In this document: piece after piece, positions 1 through 13,424 of the stretch
Numbering within the stretch: position 1 is the stretch's first letter
Layout: the number at the start of each line of letters is the position of its first letter
Assembly: GCA_012295275.1 (NCBI GenBank)
Contig: CM022672.1
Coordinates: 15,686,001 to 15,750,000 of the forward strand
Direction: 5' to 3'
Source of the DNA: Chrysomallon squamiferum
Taxonomy: Eukaryota; Animalia; Mollusca
DNA: 64,000 bases
Position numbers and translations under genes: made by a program
Notes under the pieces: generated by a model
Told to the model about the DNA's origin: nothing
What the model saw: only the letters and a program-made list of their open reading frames with translations
Database searches by the model: none

Positions 1-348
1 ATAATAATAATAATAATAGAACATAATAACAGATAACAATAAAATACAATAAATGTTTGTTAAGCAATAAAATAAAAAAATAAAGAAATAAATAAATGTA
101 TCAATTTTCCCTTATGGTGATAACAGAATACATTTTGTGTAATGTATTATGCAAATATTCATTCGATGACAAAGAATGTAACTGCGTCTGTTGTAACTGT
201 AAATTACAAATTAAAATTCAGTATCAAATCTCTGCCTATATGTACATATATAATACATTATTAGTATTATTACTTGTCGTTGTTATTATTAATATTATTA
301 TTACTACCTTCATCATAATCATCATCGTCAACACTGAACTAGTATACT

Positions 349-1071
349 TTAATTTGAGCTAACATTTTCTTCATTTTTACGACCTGTTTCATTTTTCTCG
401 GAATCACTTGTTACATCCGACGCAGAAGAAGATAGGTTCGGTTCACATCCAGAATAATGTTTCTTCCAGTCAAAATGACTTTCAAATGCTTCCCCACAGT
501 TTTCACATTTGTATGGCTTAATTTTATAATGACCATTCATGTGCTCCTGGAGATGTTCTGTTTTCCAAAATGTCTGTCCACAGTTCGGCTCCTGACATCG
601 GTATCTTGGTAACGTCTCGTCTTCTTGGCGTCGTTTTTGTGATTCCGACTGTTCGGACTGCACTTGTTTGCCCTCTGCTGCCTTCACAGACGATTTCATC
701 CTGTTGACCGTGTTTGGATTTACCTGTTGAGGAGGAGAAGGGGGAGAGGAAGGAGTCAGTGAACAGCTGGAATAAACATTCTGATTATTGAGAACCTGGT
801 AGTACGGATATCCAATGTTCTGGTCATCTTTCATTTCTCCATGTTTCAGTCGCATGTGTCGAGTCAAGTTGGACTTCCACTTGCTGACGTATCCACATTT
901 ATCACAGGAAAATGTCTGACTCAGTGGCGACAACGTCCGCATTAAGGACATAGATGGCGCTGTTTGTATTCGTATCAGATTCTCCTGCTGGGCTTTGAAC
1001 ATTCTCTGTATGCTGCTGAAAGTTTCGTTTCTGCTGTTATCTGTATTCTTATCTGTATGTCTTTCCCTTTC
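349..1071 (-). CDS. Gene A alternative terminal exon A2: zinc-finger cassette (C2H2, then C2H2 + C2HC pair), 240 aa
   Basis: Acceptor tttctctgtag|GAA at 1071, phase 0, in frame with ORF 349..1002 (ERERHTDK...QRMFKAQ). Fingers CDKC..HMRLKH, CQEPNC..HMNGH and CENC..HYSGC. TAA stop at 351..349. Confidence 0.82.
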   Translation of the reverse strand, partial: ERERHTDKNTDNSRNETFSSIQRMFKAQQENLIRIQTAPSMSLMRTLSPLSQTFSCDKCGYVSKWKSNLTRHMRLKHGEMKDDQNIGYPYYQVLNNQNVYSSCSLTPSSPPSPPQQVNPNTVNRMKSSVKAAEGKQVQSEQSESQKRRQEDETLPRYRCQEPNCGQTFWKTEHLQEHMNGHYKIKPYKCENCGEAFESHFDWKKHYSGCEPNLSSSASDVTSDSEKNETGRKNEENVSSN

Positions 1072-1736
1072 CTACAGAGAAATATATATATATATATATA
1101 CAAACAGTGTTACATATATACATACATACATATATATATATATAAAACAGGCACATATATAAAAAAAAACCATTTTATTTCAATATAAAAATTAAGATAT
1201 TACGATGATCACAAAAATATAAATTGATGAGCAAAAATTAATCATTTTTCTGAAAGAACGCACACACAGATATAAGAAATTAACCATCTAGTAATAACAA
1301 TAATAATATATATATATATATATATATATTTTAGAATTATTGTTATATCATTCGATCCAAAATTACTGTGCAAAATATAAAACTGTTTCGAAAACCACTA
1401 TTTCTGTTTATTAAAAGAAGAAATGTAATCAATTATAATGAATCTTCTAAATGTAATAACGCACATTAAAGTTACATTTTTTTATCTTTCTTTATATTAT
1501 CCATCTAATTTTTAAATTATAACTGAAAAAAAAAAATTAAGTATTACATCCTTCTCTATGCTTATGTCACCATCTGGGTAAATTACCTTTTAAGAAATAT
1601 TAAAATCCACATAATATAGTTTCAGAATGCATATTAAGGAGAACAACAACAACAACGAATTTCTTTTTAAAATCTCCACCTTTCAGCGGGCACGTGTATA
1701 ACTTTCCTCTAAACCGTGAACTAATTAATACTTTTA

Positions 1737-2429
1737 CTAGTCGATCAAGTTTTGTATCCAAAGCTGGTCTCCGCTGTCATTTTTCTGAATTGTGACATTT
1801 CCGCTAACGTTTTTGGGTGCGTTGTGAGCACACTTTTTTTTGTGCCTCTCGAGTCCAGAACGCCACGAAAATACAGCACCACACATACACCGATAAGACC
1901 TGTTTATATGCTTTGAGTTTATGTGGTCCAGTAACATGGAGTTACAAGTGTATGATTTATCACACATATCACAGGAATAATTTTTGGGCACGCGATTGGC
2001 TTGAGGTAGCTTTGACAGAGGTAGCTTTGACAGACTTTCTTTTATGAATGACGTTTCACACACCTTTTCCCAGTCCGTTTCGGATATATTTTTGAAATCA
2101 TTGTTGTGTGCTGATTTCATGTGATTAATCAGCTCGGCCATTTGGGAAAACGTATCGTTGCAGTCAGTGCAGTTAATACTGAAATTCTCGTTGTTCGGAG
2201 CCGAAACATCCATCGATAAAGTTAGAACGCTGCTGCACTTAGAACAAAGATTTCCATACGGCTCCTTCTGCACTAGCGCCTGTCTCGGAAATATCTGACC
2301 GCAGTAAGAACATTTAGACTGTGCCAGTGATGCGGTTTGCTGCTGGTCACTCTTATCCCAACCCCACTGACCATCGTGGACCACACGGGTTCTTTCTCTC
2401 GTAGAACGACTTCCAGCCGAAATGTCAAT
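1737..2429 (-). CDS. Gene A alternative terminal exon A1: zinc-finger cassette, 230 aa
   Basis: Branch point CACTAAC, pyrimidine tract cttttcttcttcccag|ATT at 2429, phase 0, in frame with ORF 1737..2474. Fingers CTDC..HMKSAH, CDMC..HINSKH and CMC..HKKKC. TAG stop. Confidence 0.85.
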   Translation of the reverse strand: MDISAGSRSTRERTRVVHDGQWGWDKSDQQQTASLAQSKCSYCGQIFPRQALVQKEPYGNLCSKCSSVLTLSMDVSAPNNENFSINCTDCNDTFSQMAELINHMKSAHNNDFKNISETDWEKVCETSFIKESLSKLPLSKLPQANRVPKNYSCDMCDKSYTCNSMLLDHINSKHINRSYRCMCGAVFSWRSGLERHKKKCAHNAPKNVSGNVTIQKNDSGDQLWIQNLID

Positions 2430-2732
2430 CTGGGAAGAAGAAAAGTGACGTACGTTAGTGTAACCTCCCTCCATGGAGCCCTTTCACCGCTATCCTAAAG
2501 CTATTAACGAAACGCGAAGTTCGTCCGTTTGTCGATATTCGTTCTTTCAGACTTGTGACACAGCCATCTAGGATGGGTTTTGAAAATTATTGACTTTGGT
2601 AAAGATTCAGTCTAAAATTACCAATCCAAGAAGATGGATTTTCTTTTTCAAGGAGTGGGGTAAAAAGATCAACTCATCTTGTGTTCAGCTTTAATGGAAG
2701 CATGGTAAACAATGTTATTGTTATCGTTGTTG

Positions 2733-2776
<44 letters not shown>

Positions 2777-3153
2777 CGCCATTTTTCTTTCAAATAATAG
2801 GTGTATTGATGAATTATTCCAAAATTACTCTGAATCTATCTCAGAATGAAATGAATAATATAATAACCTAATCAGAAATTATAAAAAGGGAAAATATTTC
2901 TGGTTTGCTTTTTGTTGTTGTGATTGTTGTTTTAACTGTAATTCCCAATGGTGGCACAAGCAAAGAACTTCACTAAACTAATAAGATTAAACAGAAACTA
3001 TAACAATATGTAATTTTTTAGGACGATTCATAACAAGCACCATTTATAAGATTTACCAGTGCTGCAAATAATGACTAAATAACTAATTTATAACTTATAT
3101 TATCACGCGTAGTCTTATATATCTGAATAATCAAAATAAAAATCTTTACAGAC

Positions 3154-3437
3154 CTGCATTTGCCTTGACATCAATGCTGACCTTTCCGTACATTCTCGGG
3201 AATCTCCGTGACTGTTTCCTCGTGATGACGTAAGGCTGTCATTCCCGGCATTTCTTTCGGTGTTCTCAAACTGATCTTCTGGCAGGTCGTCTTCAGGGTT
3301 GTCGATCACCATATATGGAACATCATTTTCCTGCTTAATGGACACTGTAAGCGGCATGCGAATACTTTCTTTTTCCACCGAGTCCTGAGTGGCAGAGACT
3401 TCGTTTTCGACTGAGGCATTTGATGTGTTAAGTTTGT
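3154..3437 (-). CDS. Gene A constant coding exon 2 (low-complexity linker with IKQE motif)
   Basis: ttttcag|AC acceptor at 3437 (phase 1), in frame with ORF 3115..3378. Donor ATGCAG|gtctgt after 3154 (phase 0). Motif ESIRMPLTVSIKQEND matches gene B ETIRLPLNVKVKEEND. Confidence 0.8.
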
Positions 3438-3805
3438 CTGAAAATGTGACAGATCGTATAATTATCAGGTATAGAAAAATAGTTAAAATGTCCGGCGTAA
3501 TAATTTAATTCCATTGACATTATTTTCTTAACGTGTGTTGCGCGTATAAAATGTTCGTTATTATTATATAATTTATTTCATCTATTTACTATATATTGCA
3601 TTTATATATCGTTGTTCCTTGTGGCGATATTAAATAGTAATAATTTGTATACATACTAACTAGAATTTAATTAATCAATAAAGCAATTGTTATTATCATT
3701 ATTATTATTATGTTAACATAAAAATTAGAATAACATTTGAAATCAACAGAAAATGAACACAAATTTATATTAATAATACTGACATACATAATACTTTTAA
3801 ATTAC

Positions 3806-4328
3806 CTCGTTTATGTGGAGTTGTGGCATCTGCAATGGAACCGGTTCGTTTCAGAGACTTCGCCTCAGAATGCTGTACATTATGACTTCTACTGGAACCG
3901 AGATTAGTATCAAACAAGGTTGAATTTGAAGATGCGTACTGACGATCGCCAGCGTTCAGAAAGGACTGTTTTGAAACAAATGAATCAGTTTGTCCTCGCT
4001 GATGAATCGTACTCGATGGTGGTTCCTTCTGTCCCCGAAACGATCGATCACGAGGACTGATGTTTTCAACACCTCTGTACCCTGCTGATACTGCGGGACC
4101 TTTTCGGACTGTTTTGAATGCTTTGGTGCAGTAACTTTCACTGATGACGTCTCCTGAACTCTGGACCAGTTCACTAAGGACGTAGCGCTCCTTTTTGCTG
4201 TTATCTATCTCCAAACAAAGATATCCACTAAGTTCTACAGCCTGTTCAAAATTGAGATAATCACGACATAGTTTCTGTACAGAGTCAATGAAACAGGCGA
4301 AAAATTCCACAGAATACTGTTTTTCCAT
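3806..4328 (-). CDS. Gene A constant coding exon 1 (conserved uncharacterised ~76-aa N-terminal domain plus linker)
   Basis: ATG at 4328 just after a ttttttcag acceptor (exon start ~4333). Donor CGAG|gtaat after 3806 (phase 1). 55/76 residues identical to the gene B N-terminus by hand alignment. Confidence 0.88.
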
Positions 4329-4923
4329 ACTGACTGAAAAAAAAGGAATAAAAAAGGTGGGGGTAAATAATAATATCTGTAATAGTAATAATGTTTATAT
4401 ATGTGCTTAATTGTGCTGCACCAAATGTTTTTATCTCTACAATACACAAGATTTTGATACTGATTATTAATATAATATCAGTCAGTCACATTTTTTTTTG
4501 TCATTTTTAAAAAAACTTTTTATACTTTATTTTCAGTTCTTTCCTTTTTATTATTATTACTAATTTTTAAAAATTTTTTTTAAATTACCATCTGCTGCCA
4601 TTGAGAAAAATCAAAATATACGATAAACGACTTTTTATCGATCGTAATGTACATAACATATCACATCACACATACAAATCTGCTAAAACGGAATATCGAA
4701 TCATAGCGTAATAGTTTAATATTATTAGGATGTCAACCCTCTACCCATAAAAGAAATAAAAAGTAGAACAAACACCACTGAAGAAAAATCTCAATTAAAA
4801 AACAATAATAATAATAAAAAAAATAAAAATGGCCACTTACTAATTAAACAATTTAAACCAATATTAATTTGCATGGACGCTAATAAAACAGAAAGTCGAC
4901 CTCCATAATGGCTAAAATCAACA

Positions 4924-4970
<47 letters not shown>
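4924..4970. repeat. (AAT)n microsatellite
   Basis: Seen directly. Similar tracts near 2737-2773, 5917-5955, 23920-23963 and 26480-26520. Confidence 0.9.
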
Positions 4971-4973
<3 letters not shown>

Positions 4974-5147
4974 TTAGTGATGAAATGGAAATTATTATTA
5001 CATTATGTGTGTGTGACTGAAAGCGTCTATTCATTTTGACTTCAGCTAACTTAATGGAATTATATTTATTAGGTAAAACTCATTTACATGAGGTTTTTTC
5101 CCAGAAATATATAGCGTTTTTTGTTGTTGTTTTGTGTTTATTTATTT

Positions 5148-5178
<31 letters not shown>

Positions 5179-5467
5179 CGAAATGCATATTTTAATTTTA
5201 AAATTATAATAATAATAATTTAATTAAATTTAAAAAATTATTGATTAATTTATTTTTCGCATCATATTAAATTATTGACCTATTTAAGTATTTTATAGGA
5301 ATATCAGTCTTAAACAATTATACTTAGTCACCCATATATGATACAACTGCCAAAAAAGTAAAAGAGAATGCCAAAATAATATTAATAACTGTGAACTAAT
5401 TTCGATACATCTTAAAACTATGACATGACCTTTTTGTTTGTTCTAGACGATCATCAAAGAGGAAAAT

Positions 5468-5477
5468 CGCCATTTTG
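5468..5477 (-). promoter_or_regulatory. YY1-type motif CAAAATGGCG in the first intron of gene A
   Basis: Plus-strand cgccattttg, about 131 bp downstream of the putative exon-1 donor. The same motif lies at the equivalent position in gene B. Confidence 0.45.
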
Positions 5478-5607
5478 AATCGTGAATGATCTCCGCAGGC
5501 GTATCTTCTAATCCACTTTTGTTTATAAGTCGTATTACGCTGATACATTGTTACGATTGTACCAAGTCTCAGGTGTTAGGTATGAAATGAAATGATATGG
5601 TACTCAC

Positions 5608-5720
5608 GTATATGTTGTAGCTATACTGATAATCAAATGAAAACTGTTAAACGTAGCTCCAAAGAATACAATCGAGCAGCGATCACATTCCCGATCAGTC
5701 AGTCATACGATCTCCAGTAT
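5608..5720 (-). other. Putative non-coding first exon of gene A (5' end approximate)
   Basis: Consensus donor |gtgagta (plus-strand tactcac, 5601..5607) within a locally CpG-enriched stretch upstream of the 4333 acceptor. Confidence 0.45.
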
Positions 5721-5914
5721 CCATAAAAGTAGGTCACGACATATGGTCTGGGGCCTGTTTGAGGTTAACAACAAATTTTAATTATTTTGTCTGTTGTCTT
5801 CATATCGTTTTCAATTAATTATTAATTCGGTTAATTTACTGTGAATCACGGTAAAGTATTAAATATCTATACCGAGTAAAAACTGAAATGATTGAAGATA
5901 TGCATTTCCCCTCT

Positions 5915-5955
<41 letters not shown>

Positions 5956-8243
5956 TGTAATAATAATATTAATAATAAATTATGTAATTTATTAATTTAT
6001 TATTATTATTATTATTATTATTATACAAGTTAATGATTAATTTTACCATGATTCGTGGGAAAAAGTCTGACTGGTTAACCAATCAATTTAGAAAAAAAAA
6101 AAAAAAAAAATTAAAATCTCTTCTCGACCACCTCCGAACTTCTCTTCGTACTATATCATTATCAAGTAATATATAGCCCTAAAACTTGGATTTGTAATAG
6201 CAAGCTAATCAAATAACCACAGAATATAATCGCTGAGTTAGTGATTATTTATAAAGTATGATCGTAATATAAGAGTCTTCATTTAAAAACGAATACTATA
6301 TTACTAGGTTACAAACTATGTATGGTGCATACGTACGAGTATTACTACGAAACAATTTGAAACCAAATAATGAATAGACTAATGTAAAACAGTGTATCTC
6401 ATAAAACAAATACACATGAAAAACAACTGAAAGCTTTTAACCGAGGCATCGTTTCAATAAAATTCTTACTGACAAATGTTAATACTGTTTTCTCACGATA
6501 TATATTTTTAATAAACATCTTTTAATATAAACCTGATTTGTTAATTATAGAAATGTGATAAGAACGCTGATCTGGTAGGTTTCTAGATCGTTCCTCCTCT
6601 TTGACCTTGAACAATTTCCTACTCGTGTGATCGTTACAGAGTATAATATTATATATTCCTATCTGATTTATTCAGACACATTTTCACAATTCCAGTCAGT
6701 GTCTCTATGTATCGGTCTTGTTCCCTGAACATACATACATATATTGGTAGCTATATGGTTATCAGTCAAAATGAATATTAATACTTCATTATTTATTTCC
6801 CCCGTTTTCAGTTTAAGTTTATATACATATAGTTTTTATTTAATTATTCTCGCTGAAGTTTGATTTATTATATTGCTTGATTTTTAAAAGTGAAATTTCA
6901 GAATTTTATTTATTTTGATTTATTTCCTCCCTTTTGCATCTGATCAAATGTAGATCTTGATGGTTTTAGCAGTATAAATTAAAGTAAGTACAGAGAGAAA
7001 AAAAAACACCTTTTGACTTTCATATTTTACTGGTATGATAAATGGAAATAAGTTTTAAAATGTTTACTAGTAAAAAGAAAAATGAATGAATGAATAATAT
7101 TCAATAGCTCAGTCAATACTGACGTTTTTCCAGTTAATGTCTCATTGCTGATTTAAATAGATTTGAACTCATCAGTACTAATCGAAAATGTAGTCCATGT
7201 CTTACTTCACCATAATAAAATAAATGTTAAAAACAAAATATAAATTATATGTAGATTGGTAAACCTGTAACATGTATCTACACTTACCATTAAATTATCT
7301 TTATAATTACTGCTTAATTCTAGTAACAGTCATATCTGCAATTTCTACATAACATGATGGGAGTATACAAAGTTGTTCTCAACATCAAGCATATTTCCTT
7401 TGTGAGCAATCTCCAGGATCATCCATTTTCCACACTATTTATGAAAAACAATGGTTTCTGGTTGTTTGGTACAGATCACATGACTACTGATTTATAAAAC
7501 TGTCCATGAAATAACTGAAATGTTCTCTTCAGATAAAACAAAAAATGTACTATTGATAGCTAATAACAGTTAATATTAAATTGTGTTGTGTTGATATGAA
7601 TGCTGTTGTCTAGGTATCTTTTATAGCTCCATGCACTCTGAACAATATAAAACAAAGACAAAATGAGAATAAATCATTTATTTCATTTTTAAAAGTTTTC
7701 ATTATACCAACATTGGCAACACTCAAGATTGAAGTATGTATATAAATATATATTTGGAAATATTACAGCTGTACATGTTTAGAATTATTAATAACCAAGC
7801 ATAGTGTTTGTACATATTAAAAAAAAATGTGTGTGTATATTTATATATATATTTAATTTCATTTTATATGTATGCTGTACAAATATTTATAAAAATATAA
7901 AATCTACACAAAAAAATCTTGGATTTAATTTGTTTGCAATGATTTTATATCTGAGATTCGTTTTGATAAATGAAGTCAACTTCAAAATTTTGTGAATTCT
8001 TTTTAAATGATGAGATCAGCTGCCGACATTTTCTGTGAATAGGTAACCCTCATGAATCTATGTTGTTGAAAATAAACTATTATTAAACTGTTCTCGTTCT
8101 GAAGTGTTCTACAAAGACACCAGTTAAATGCACACCACTTTTGTGTTCAAGTCATTGTGCATCTAGATCACAGAATTAAACTGACTACTGTCCACATCCT
8201 CAAAACAATGCAGAAGTAATGTATCAGTGTAGTTCCTGAATTT

Positions 8244-11200
8244 TCAGCTATTTTCATGTTGTTCTACAAACTCGGAAAGAGTAGCTGTGTCCACTGGTAT
8301 AATCAAGTGTTCAGCTCCATCATAGTTCTGAAATAAACATTAAATTTTATTTATTTATTTATTTAAAAAAAAATTTTTAATGATTATTATTTTTTAGACT
8401 TGTATCAACTTCTATCTGTACTTTTAACACAGTTTATAATTCTTATACATTTCTAATACTGCAAACATTTTGAAACAGTTGAAGGAAACATTGTCTTACA
8501 TGATTTATTGTCAGACTGGGGAAATATCCATTCACTGCAACATTTTTATCACTAAGAAGCATGAGAAATGAAAGGACCCACTGTTCTCTTTGAAGGACTG
8601 GATTGGGAAATAGCAGAATAACCTAACTGATAGAATGTTTCAGGCCTATACCCTAAGCTCTGAACAACAGACAGTTACCTATTACCAGCACATTAATAAA
8701 TGACTACCTACCTTTTTAGATCTGACAAGTTTGTGGTCTCTGAATTCAGTGAGCTGAGCACGAAGTGTAAGATCACTGTTAACAAGAAATGCTTCCCCAC
8801 ATCTTTGATAGAGATCAGAGAAGGACATTCCTGTAACAAACATTATCATCTTATTAATTTTAAAATCTACATATATATCCATTCAGACCTCTATTTTTAC
8901 ATGCATATAACAACATTTTATTTCAGTAAATAAAACTTAATTGCTAAATTTGATTAATTAAATAATATTAATTTATATATTTATATGTCCCTAAATTTAT
9001 ACAAGCAGTAATATCTTTGATACCCAGATTTCAGCAGATAGAAAAGCACAACAACTAATATTATAACTGCAGGATACTGGAAAAAAATATAATCAAATAC
9101 AACACATCTCAGCCTTGCATTGTTACAGCAAAGCCACAGACCTCCCAGCCCTGATCAAACAACAAACCCAACAGAGGCAGCACAACAAGTTTGCCCTACC
9201 TACATACACAGGATTATCTTTATTTTCTAGCTGGTATTTGGCAAGCAGCATGAAGATTCCTTTAGCGTTTGGTGTCAGACTGCGCATGACATGGATGAGT
9301 GAACTCAACGCAAGGGCTCCTGTCTGCTGTACAAGCAGAGAGTTCTCGTACGACGTCTCTGATGTGTATGCAACATACGTCGTAACATCGTGCCAAATCC
9401 AGTTGAAACGACTGCATTTTGTATTATCCCAAACTGAAATGAAATAACAACACTTAACAAGATGTTTTACTGTTTGTTATTGAAATGTTTCTTAGAGAAC
9501 AGTTATACAAGAGAAAAGTCACTGTCACATGGACTACTCAAATTAATCAATGACGAGGTGTTTTCAGTAAACGTTTTGTTTTCTTACTGTGATCATCTGA
9601 GGTTACTTTATAATTACCTGGATAAGATACTGAAACAACTGTATTATTACCTGTACAAAATACTGAAGTTATTGCACTGTAACCAGTATAAAATTCTCTC
9701 ACCAAGAGGTGCATTAATGTGATCTATGGAAGCTATAATGTGAACTCCACGAATGTTGGCCAGCAGACTGAGAAGTGTTTGTGTCTTCTCTCCACGTAGT
9801 GTCACTCCGTCAATGTTGTGAATTATTAAAAAGAAATCTTCATATTCTGCAACAACACAAACATTAAAATGCTACAGTATTTACATGTTTATGTAGTAAA
9901 AATATTAAAACATAGCAATTGCAGAGTAAAAATATTATAACATATCACTAGCAAAAACTGTTTTAATCACAAGTAGTATAATTAAAGTTAAAATTCAGTT
10001 CATACTGTAAGTAAATGTAATACACACACTCTGACTTAGAAAAGGAAATCAGAATTTATTTTCTTTCTCTATTTAAAAAAAAAAAAAAAATCTGAAATGT
10101 TTTACTTTGATTAGTGTTAATTTAAATTACTTTATTCCTAAACATTTTTAAGGACAAACAGAAAAGATAAAGACAACCTAAACTATTCTAAATTCATCTG
10201 TTCAACATTTACCTCCATCTTCAAAGTGTTTTCTTATCAACTCATATTGCTCAGTTGGGTTTCTATGACTTCCATCGCAGTCAAGAATTTCATCTAATAT
10301 ACAACAGAAAATCTGAAATAATCAAATACTTTTTATCCTGAATACATTCTAAAATATACACTAATTAACAAATGTACGAATGTTGAAATTGGCTTCTAGT
10401 ATTTCTAATAGTCAAAAATTTCATCTATTGTACAACTACAAATCTGAAATAATCAAATAAACTTTATATGCTAAAAAAAAAAATGCTACATATCAAAATA
10501 AAAATTCTATTTGATAAAGATATCTAAAATAAAATATATATTGATAAAAGATAAATAAATAAAAAAACAAACAAACATGATGTAATATACAAAACTAAGC
10601 AATGGTTACATTAAGAATAAAATCAGTAAATTAATTAAATACAGTTGAGCATTCTAAAAATTCAAATGGTTTTGTCAGTCTCATGGTATTTTTTCCTCAC
10701 ATCACTTGAACACTTTTTACTTCAGCAGAGTAACTAATTTTAAACTATTAACTATAACATAACATTTAAATAAATCACAATTTTTCATAATTTCTTTTTT
10801 TTAAATACATACATGATCAATGAAGATAGCTGACTAAACAAATTATGACTTATACCTTTCTAATACAAGTTTATATCTCAATTCAACATTAAAATTTTTA
10901 AAGCAAATCACTGGATGAAGTGAATAAATTAAACATTGTCTTACATGTTTTATTGTCAGACTGGGGAAATATCCATTCACTACAACATGGGAGAAATCTT
11001 TGAGAAACTGTTTTCGAAAATCTTCTAGTAGACCTCGTTTTGATCCAAGGCCATAAAGCAGAATGTTAAAGTGATTGCTGGGGAAAAAGTTTAAAAAAAT
11101 TTAAAACTGGATGCTCATGAAGAATATTTTCCAATCAATTTATTCCCCAAGCATTACAGCAAGTACTAGTCAATATTAATGGCTATTAATGACTGATAAT

Positions 11201-13393
11201 ACCACAAGCAAATTCATAATTTTTGTATTTCAGAACACAAATTTAATTTCTGCATAATATAAAAAAAATGGAAATGCAATCAGAATAGCAAACTCATTTT
11301 TAATAGCCTAAATAATATATTTTAAGAAAGATTTAATGGTCTAGCAGTGATATAATATGTTAACAAATATGAAAATGCGTTAAATTGTAAATGGATTATA
11401 AAGTCACATTTTTTCTGTACACATCTTTGTGTGCATGCAGTTTGTACTAAGTAAATTTTGGAACTAAAAAACATCTTTATTATTGTAATGATACTCTTAC
11501 TGAGGACAGAAAAAAGCACCATCATTATATATGCAACATGATCTTAGGGTAATTGACATAAAATTTCTCTTACAAATATTTAACGAGATAGTACATACCA
11601 CATTAAGACCTGCAACCAATATTGAGAAACCTACCACATTAGAAACATCCAGTTAGAGAAAAAAGCTCTGTTTTCTGACAACACATCTTGCAGTTCCTTC
11701 CTGTGCCCACATGCTACATTCTTCAACAATGTTGTCAGAGATTCGTGATCCATTTTTGGAGTTTTCAGTTTTGACAGTGTATTTTCTGAAGTCTGTACAG
11801 CACCAGAGTGTAAATCAAAGTAATCTTCTGCATTGGTTGACTAAAAGATGATAATAAAATAAGCAATATGTAAATATTGTTTTCATTTAAAATGGTGATT
11901 TACAGAACCTCTTTGATCCACCATCACCACATTTAATGTGATATTTTTAATTACTGGCCTAATGCTATGTTTTCTTTTACAATACTTTAACATCTGTAAT
12001 TCAATAATAAAGGTAAGAGTAAATCAATAAAAATATGAAATTACATGTATATTATTATACTAATATTTAACAAAGAAAGCAGTATTTAAGTGTGAAACCA
12101 TTTAGAAAGTAGCAAAGAAGAATTGTGACTACAGAAACTTTGTCACTGCCCTTAGGCAGAGATAAAATCAAAACATTATCATTTTAGTTGACTTATGTGT
12201 TGATTATGTTTTGGGGAGGAGAAGCTGAATTTTTTTTTAAAATGCTGTGTCATGATGTATTAATCATAAACTAACATGTTCAAAGTCTTTAGCTGGTTTT
12301 CTTCTTGTTGGTGGTGTGTCACAAGCTTCATCACTGTCTGAGCTGAGTGAATCTTCACTCTCAGAAACACCATCATCATCTGACAAACATTTATATACAT
12401 CATCATCTGACAAACATTTATATACATCATCATCTGTCAAACTTTTACATACATCATCATCTGTCAAACGTTTATATAGATCATCATCTGCCAAACTTTT
12501 ATATACATCATCATCTGACAAACATTTATATACATCATCATCTGCCAAATATTTATATACATCATCATCTGCCAAACATTTATATATATCATCATCTGAC
12601 AAACTTTTATATAGATCATCATCTTATTTACAAACATTTTAAATCACAATAATATGTAAATAACTTTATTTTGGTATATTTTGTACTAATACACTGTTGA
12701 TTCTCAACAAAAAAATTATTATTTTTTTTTTTTAATAAAAAGCTTTTTCCATCAATTTTTGCATTACAACTTGAAATGAAATTAATAATACACACACACA
12801 TATATATTATTTACCAAATATAAAGACACATTATTATTATAACAGGTTTTGGGGTTTTAAAAAAAAACCTATCTCATGTGCAAAGTAAACCAAATCAAAC
12901 CTGACATGTTTCTTTTTCGTAAGCGGTAAGGTGTTGTGGTTTCAGGTTTTCTTTGTGATTTCCTTACAGGACTTATCTCCCTTTGCTCTTTTGCAGTCTT
13001 CTCCGATTCTAAAATACAATAAAACAAATGAAATAACCAATGAACATTTTTTTGTTGTTTTAACACATTTCAAGTATCCCTATAAACAATTATTAGATGT
13101 AGTTTTTGGTTCAACATTAGATTAACTGAACAGACAACTATTTCTATTTCTCATTATTTAACTGAATAGATTATTTATATCTATCTTTAGTACAGTGAAT
13201 CTGCTTGGACAGTAGATTACTTAACAGATTCTGCTAATAGCACTGTATTCTGCTAGTTTGCACTCTGTACTGTATTTGAGATATAATAATCAAAAATATA
13301 TATATATTTTTTTTTCATTACATAGAAAAAGGGTAAGAAAATATATAGAAATTTATTGCTAAATATCTGAATAACAAGCTCGAGATTCTATTC

Positions 13394-13424
<31 letters not shown>

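Noticed and set aside
2430-2474. ORF-track starts of the cassettes (2474, 1002, 41139, 43734, 44912, 49963) as true initiation codons
   Set aside because: They fall in branch-point or pyrimidine-tract sequence, or downstream of an in-frame acceptor. Spliced entry explains them better.
11594-11634. Alternative downstream donor for ORC2 exon 7
   Set aside because: The 36-nt extension includes an in-frame TAG.
12316-12652. Plus-strand S-rich and H-rich ORFs; CRISPR-like appearance
   Set aside because: These are antisense readings of the 27-bp tandem repeat. There are no unique spacers and the context is eukaryotic.
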